Assembly (NCBI GenBank): GCA_017425245.1
Contig: JAFOOX010000053.1
Span: 84,349 to 148,348 of the forward strand
Source: Gammaproteobacteria bacterium
GTDB lineage: Bacteria; Pseudomonadota; Gammaproteobacteria; Enterobacterales; Neiellaceae
Length of the DNA: 64,000 nt
Direction of reading: 5' to 3'
Shown here in pieces: positions 59,303 through 64,000 of the stretch. The stretch's first letter is position 1; each line of letters begins with the position of its first letter. A program made the translations under genes and the position numbers. Under the pieces are notes generated by a model. It did no database searches. It had not been told where the DNA came from and worked only from the letters and a program-made list of their open reading frames with translations.

Positions 59303-61264
59303 TCAGTCGTCGCTGTCGTCGCCACCGCCGTCGAGGGCGCGGGCGACAAAGTGGCGGGCCACGCGGCTGCGCGGCGTTTTCATCTCAAACCACTGGCGCA
59401 CATCTTCATCCAGACCGATGCCATGCATGAAGTTGTAGAGCGCCTTGTTCAGCCCTTTGCCTAGCAGATCGTGGTCGACGCCGGTGGGGTCGATAAAACC
59501 CACATCGTTTTTGGCAAAGGTGGTCGCTGGCAGCGGCAACAGCTCGATGCCGTAGTCCTGCGGGTTCTTGCCCACCGGCGAATGGACGGTGCAGACAAAG
59601 CGGTGGAAGAAGCCGGACTGGATACAGCCATTGGCAAACAGCTGGCGCACATATTCCAGCGCATCGACGGTGTCGTGCACCGTCTGGGTGGGGAAGCCAT
59701 ACATCAGATAGGCATGCACCAGCACGCCGGCGCTGGCGAAGCCGTGGGTGATGCGCGCCACCTGCTCTACCGACACACCCTTTTTCATCAGCTTGAGCAG
59801 CCGGTCAGAGGCCACCTCCAGCCCGCCGGAGACGGCAATGCAGCCGCTATCGGCCAGCAGCTGGCAGACCTCAGGGGTGAAGGCGCGCTCGAAGCGGATA
59901 TTGCCCCACCAGCTGATGGTGACGCCACGGCGGATCAGCTCCTGGGCCAGCGCTTTGAGCGCCTTGGGCGGTGCCGCTTCATCGACAAAATGAAAGCCGG
60001 TCTGGCCGGTCTCCTTGATGATCGCCTCGATCCGATCCACCAGCAGTTCGGCCCCTGCCATCTCAAAACGGCTGATGTAATCGAGGCTGATGTCGCAGAA
60101 GCTGCACTTTTTCCAGTAGCAGCCGTGGGCCACGGTCAGCTTGTTCCAGCGCCCGTCCGACCATAAGCGGTGCATCGGGTTGAGCATATCGAGCAGCGAC
60201 AGATAGCTGTGGATCGGCAGCCCATCCCAAGTGGGGGTGCCCACCTCGGTAAAGGGGATGTCAGCCTCGTTATGGTTGAGGTAGAGCACCCGCCCGCTCA
60301 ACTCGCGTACAAAGGTGCGCACCAGCTGAGTCAGGGGGCGCTGGTTGGCCAGATGCTCAAGCAGCGCCAGCACCGGCCGTTCGCCGCCATCGAGGGTGAC
60401 AAAATCGACAAAATCAAAGAGCGCTGGCTCATTCAGCTCGCGCAGCTCAGTGTTGACGTAACCGCCACCCAGGCTGATGCGGCAATGGGGGGCGAGGGCA
60501 CGGATCTGCTGGGCGATGCGCAGCGCCCCATACATGGCCCCGGGAAAAGGCACCGAGAGCAGCACCAGATCGGGCTGATGCTGGTGAAGCACCTCGGCGG
60601 TCAGCTGCTGCAGCAGGCCATCGACCAGATTGGCCGGCGCTGCCAGCGCCTCGGCCAGCGGGCCAAAGGTGGGCTGGGCCTGAGCCAGCGACTCGGCATA
60701 ACGGACAAACTCAAAGCGCGGGTCGATGCCATCGCGCACCACATCGGCCAGATCATTGAGGTACAAGGTGGCCAGATGGCGGCCACGATCCTGCATCCCC
60801 AGCGCGCCAAAGGCCCAGGCCAGACCATCGCCACCGTCCGGATCGTCCGGGTCGAGATAGGCATCAAGGCTGGCAAAGCGCCCTCCTTCGGGCAGAAAGG
60901 TGCGGCTGACAATGCGGTGGGCGAGGGTGGAATCGCCCCCCTGCAGAAAGCGGATCACCGCATCGATGGTGGCCTGATAGCGGTCGAACTGGTCGAGGAA
61001 CTGGCGGATGGTTTTGGCTTTCTGCTTTTTCGGCGGCAGGGCAAACAGCAGCTCGCGGATCTGGGTCAGCCCGTCGCGGCTGAACAGCGTGAGCACCAGC
61101 GCCAGCGCCAGATCGGCCTGTACCGCGTTAACGCCACGGCCGCGCAGAAAGCCGGTGAGGTAGGCGGTGGAGGGGTAGGGGGTGTTGAGCTGGGTCATCG
61201 GCGGGATCAGCGCTAATACCTTGAGCGCGCCGATCCCGCCTTGTGCTGCTGCTGTCATCGCCAT
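59303..61264 (-). CDS. B12-binding-domain radical SAM protein (function unknown)
   Basis: CxxxCxxC radical-SAM motif (CYWKKCSFCD) preceded by a B12-binding-like N-terminal domain. 653 aa. Confidence 0.7.
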   Translation of the reverse strand: MAMTAAAQGGIGALKVLALIPPMTQLNTPYPSTAYLTGFLRGRGVNAVQADLALALVLTLFSRDGLTQIRELLFALPPKKQKAKTIRQFLDQFDRYQATIDAVIRFLQGGDSTLAHRIVSRTFLPEGGRFASLDAYLDPDDPDGGDGLAWAFGALGMQDRGRHLATLYLNDLADVVRDGIDPRFEFVRYAESLAQAQPTFGPLAEALAAPANLVDGLLQQLTAEVLHQHQPDLVLLSVPFPGAMYGALRIAQQIRALAPHCRISLGGGYVNTELRELNEPALFDFVDFVTLDGGERPVLALLEHLANQRPLTQLVRTFVRELSGRVLYLNHNEADIPFTEVGTPTWDGLPIHSYLSLLDMLNPMHRLWSDGRWNKLTVAHGCYWKKCSFCDISLDYISRFEMAGAELLVDRIEAIIKETGQTGFHFVDEAAPPKALKALAQELIRRGVTISWWGNIRFERAFTPEVCQLLADSGCIAVSGGLEVASDRLLKLMKKGVSVEQVARITHGFASAGVLVHAYLMYGFPTQTVHDTVDALEYVRQLFANGCIQSGFFHRFVCTVHSPVGKNPQDYGIELLPLPATTFAKNDVGFIDPTGVDHDLLGKGLNKALYNFMHGIGLDEDVRQWFEMKTPRSRVARHFVARALDGGGDDSDD

Positions 61265-61844
61265 TGCCCTTGTGCCGCTGTGCCCGCCCTTCTACCTGAT
61301 GGGGCGGTTGGACGCAATACATGGCTGGCGATGCCGCTGCGCGGCGGCTGAGTTGCCACTGCGAGGCAGCAAATGCGGCTGCGTCGCAGCTAAGACAAAT
61401 CGCGTGGCGATTTGATAAGAGCGCCGACCGGCCGGCGCAGGCCGGGCAAGGGCCGGTCCCGCCCGGCCCTTGCCAATCCCGGCGGCCCGATAGAGCAGCG
61501 TTATCTGGAGCTGTGGCCTTTTCTGGTGCCGCTGGCAGGCCGCTCGACAGTACATCCATGTACTGCGCTCGCTCTCGGCGACTTCCTGTCGCCTCGACCT
61601 GCCAGCAGCACCAAGGCCGGAGCTGGCTGATGCGCGATCTGAGCGCTGCTCAAACGGGGGGAGATTGAGCCGCAGCTCGGATATGGCGCGGTATGTCCTC
61701 CGAGGTGGTTCCTTAGAGCGATCGAAGGCGTTGTTCACGCCGGAATTGGATAGCTTTGTCATGCGCTCTTTTCATCATGCTGTCACAAAATGCTTGTTTA
61801 CTAATGTCGCCATTTAACCCTATTTTTCATAAGGATATGACTCA

Positions 61845-63206
61845 ATGGTACTTCGTTTACGTTTTAGTCCAATGGTCCGGCTCGCCGTGTTACTGCCTTG
61901 GCTGGGCTTGTTTGCTGTTCACGCTCAGGCCGAAGTGGCCGAAGTGCATGCCGAGTTGGAGACTCGGAGCCAGTATGATGATGATGCTGGTAACAATGCA
62001 GATGCCGATGATCCGGCCATTTGGATTCACCCAACCAAGCGCAGTCGTAGTCTGGTGATCACCACCCTTAAAGAAGGGGGTATCGATGTCTATGATCTGT
62101 CGGGCCGTTTACTGCAGCATCTGGATGCAGATTCGGAGACGGAGATTGCTGAGCCAGGGCGTTTTAACAACGCCGATCTGATTTACGGTTTCCCGGTCGG
62201 CGATGAGTCGCTGGATCTGGTGGTTGTTTCCGATCGTGGCCGGGATCAGCTGGTCATTTTCCGGATCCGCCCAAATTACAATGACCGCCTGTTGCCTCTC
62301 ATTGAATTCACCAGCCGGACTCAGGCGGGCAACATTTTTACGGCCAATCAGGATGAGGCCAATGATGGGCGCACGGCCTACGGCCTGGCCACCGCCAAGA
62401 TGTCATCCACTGGTCCCTACTATGCGTTTGTCAGCCAGAACGACACCACTCAGGTTGCCCGCCTGGAATTGCTTGCCAGTAATGACGGCAGAGTCGGTTA
62501 CCGCCTTGACAAGACCGTGGCGTTGCCTGACCTCTACACGTTGCCCAACGGCAATACTTGGCGTGCCTGCCAAGATGAAGATGGACAGGAAGCACAAGTG
62601 GAAGGGATGGTGGCTGATGTCGTCCATGACCGGTTGTACATGGGGCAGGAGAAAGTGGGTATCGTCCGTACCTCGCTGTCAGCCTTTGGCAACGCCTATG
62701 AGTTCGTTGATAAGACAACGGATTTCGGGGTGCCCTACCAGCGTATTTATGACGAGGAAGAGGAAGAGTATCTCTGCGTCCTACTCTCCGGCCCGATCTC
62801 CGGTGTTAGTGGAGAATATCTGCAGGCCGATGTCGAAGGTCTGACACTGTATGCGCCGCCAGGTGGTAACGGGTATCTGCTCGCTTCCAGTCAGGGTGAT
62901 GATACTTTCGTGGTTTACGATCGCCGCCCAGGAAATGCTTTTGTTGGCCAGTTCGTGATTGGTGCAGATGACGACGATGGACTCGATAGCGTAGAGGAGA
63001 CCGATGGTGCCATGGTCACCAACGTCAATCTGGGCGGGGAGTTCGAAGACGGTCTGCTGGTGGTGCAGGATGGCGAGAATACGCCAGAGAAGAAGGATGC
63101 AGACGGCGAGACACGCGATAACACCAACTTCAAGTTTGTGGAGTGGGAAGATGTCGCGGAGGAACTCGACTTGCTGATCGACACCCGCCAGGCTGTTCGT
63201 CCTTAA
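61845..63206 (+). CDS. Secreted beta-propeller phytase (3-phytase)
   Basis: Signal peptide and the BPP hallmark DDPAIWIHP, with many acidic Ca-binding repeats. The alternative start is ATG 61872. Confidence 0.8.
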   Translation: MVLRLRFSPMVRLAVLLPWLGLFAVHAQAEVAEVHAELETRSQYDDDAGNNADADDPAIWIHPTKRSRSLVITTLKEGGIDVYDLSGRLLQHLDADSETEIAEPGRFNNADLIYGFPVGDESLDLVVVSDRGRDQLVIFRIRPNYNDRLLPLIEFTSRTQAGNIFTANQDEANDGRTAYGLATAKMSSTGPYYAFVSQNDTTQVARLELLASNDGRVGYRLDKTVALPDLYTLPNGNTWRACQDEDGQEAQVEGMVADVVHDRLYMGQEKVGIVRTSLSAFGNAYEFVDKTTDFGVPYQRIYDEEEEEYLCVLLSGPISGVSGEYLQADVEGLTLYAPPGGNGYLLASSQGDDTFVVYDRRPGNAFVGQFVIGADDDDGLDSVEETDGAMVTNVNLGGEFEDGLLVVQDGENTPEKKDADGETRDNTNFKFVEWEDVAEELDLLIDTRQAVRP

Positions 63207-63342
63207 GATGGCCTAGTGGCGCCAGAGGCCAGATACCCACGCGGTCAACAAAAATCGGGGCTATCCAGGCCTCTGGCGTGACGCTCCGCCGCCGTCTTTC
63301 GGCTGCGGAGTTATGTTCATGAACCATCCATGCTTTCCGATA

Positions 63343-63380
63343 CCCATAGTGGCTTTTGGCGACATCCTGTCGCCTCGACC
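63343..63380. repeat. Member of a second intergenic repeat family (ccatagtggcttYggcRacRtcctgtYgcctcRacc). Other members are at 63717-63752 and, partially, 61578-61600.
   Basis: Three copies were aligned by eye in the phytase and radical-SAM intergenic regions. Confidence 0.7.
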
Positions 63381-63465
63381 GCTACGGACGGCGGATCGTG
63401 CGTGAGTTTACCGCAGTGCTCTTGTCGATTGAGGGGGCGCTGCGCAGCCGTTGTGATTGGCTGTT

Positions 63466-63510
63466 AACCCCCACTTTGGCAAAGGGGGGCTGGGGGGATT
63501 TTCTGAAAAT
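63466..63510. repeat. Partial copy of the ~115-bp structured repeat (cccccactttggcaaaggggggctggggggattttctgaaaattcc)
   Basis: Shares the first two hairpin modules with the elements at 7.7 and 38.3 kb. Confidence 0.7.
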
Positions 63511-64000
63511 TCCACTGCGTTGGCGATGCGGCTGCGCTGCAGCAGACGCCACTGCGTGGCAGCAGATGGAGGGGTTCCGCCCCCTCCACGACGAGCAGGA
63601 AGGCCGTTTCCGCACGGCCTCCCTGCACCCACCGGCGGCCCCCAACGATCACCACCATCGATAACCGTTGTCCATTCTGCTGGCCTGCGGGGTCGCCACA
63701 ATGTGCCATCCCTGGCCCATAGTGGCTTTCGGCAACGTCCTGTTGCCTCAACCCCTACGGCCAGCTGGCCGCGCGTGGTGCATGGCTGTGTCGGTGGTGA
63801 TCGAGGGGTGGGGCAGACGGACATGGCGCCGTTGCGTGGCCCGTTTGCCCTGAGCTTGTCGAAGGGGCGGAGAGTACCGATATTGCCAACTGCGTTGTCG
63901 ATTCTCCGGCTGCACGCGACTGCGGCTGCGCCGTGGCAGCAGATGCGCCTGCGGCGCCCGGATGCGGGCTTCCGCGCCCGCGCGACGGGCAGGAAGACCG

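Overview
GC-rich gammaproteobacterial chromosome segment. Gene order and the ISAs1-family remnant suggest an Aeromonas-like genome, but this is unverified.

Contents, left to right:
- 1-7.2 kb: C-terminal fragment of a membrane protein, then pdhR-aceE-aceF-lpdA (pyruvate dehydrogenase operon) with a PdhR operator.
- 7.2-7.7 kb: a heptanucleotide tandem array and an uncharacterised minus-strand membrane protein.
- 7.7-8.0 kb: a tandem pair of a ~115-bp multi-hairpin repeat.
- 8.0-10.1 kb: a DEAD-box helicase (minus strand), then rfaH with an ops-like element in the leader of the downstream operon.
- 10.1-38.2 kb: a surface-polysaccharide (O-antigen/capsule) locus. It runs from a 918-aa Wza-like exporter, wzz and a wecA-like transferase, through an AT-rich serotype-specific block, to wecB/wecC-like genes. 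The AT-rich block holds an aminotransferase, an acetyltransferase, wzx, wzy, two GT2 genes, a WbuX/HisH/HisF-like amidino-sugar trio, a bi-domain oxidoreductase, a heparinase II/III-like gene and a GT4 gene. The locus is then broken by a degenerate ISAs1-family IS carrying a nested IS630-family IS. It ends with rmlDACB and a 5'-truncated manC remnant. The same multi-hairpin repeat follows at 38.2-38.5 kb, so the locus is bracketed by direct repeats.
- 38.6-47.3 kb: a small accessory-looking block. It contains a HipA-like kinase with an overlapping downstream HTH-XRE gene, a beta-CASP MBL-fold hydrolase, a HepT/MntA toxin-antitoxin pair, a 1012-aa Ig-domain lipoprotein and a TrmK-like methyltransferase.
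- 46.6-57.4 kb (minus strand): the most interesting feature. It is a tightly packed 7-gene operon of DUF2170/YjfI-like, PspA/IM30, NfeD/YqiJ-like and flotillin (SPFH) genes, a 1761-aa protein with an internal AAA+ ATPase core, a rhomboid protease and an HKD/PLD-family protein. It may be an uncharacterised membrane-remodelling or defence system.
- 58-64 kb: tsx, yciH, a B12-binding radical SAM gene, a beta-propeller phytase and several intergenic repeat families.

Many long antisense ORFs in the six-frame track are GC-driven artefacts.
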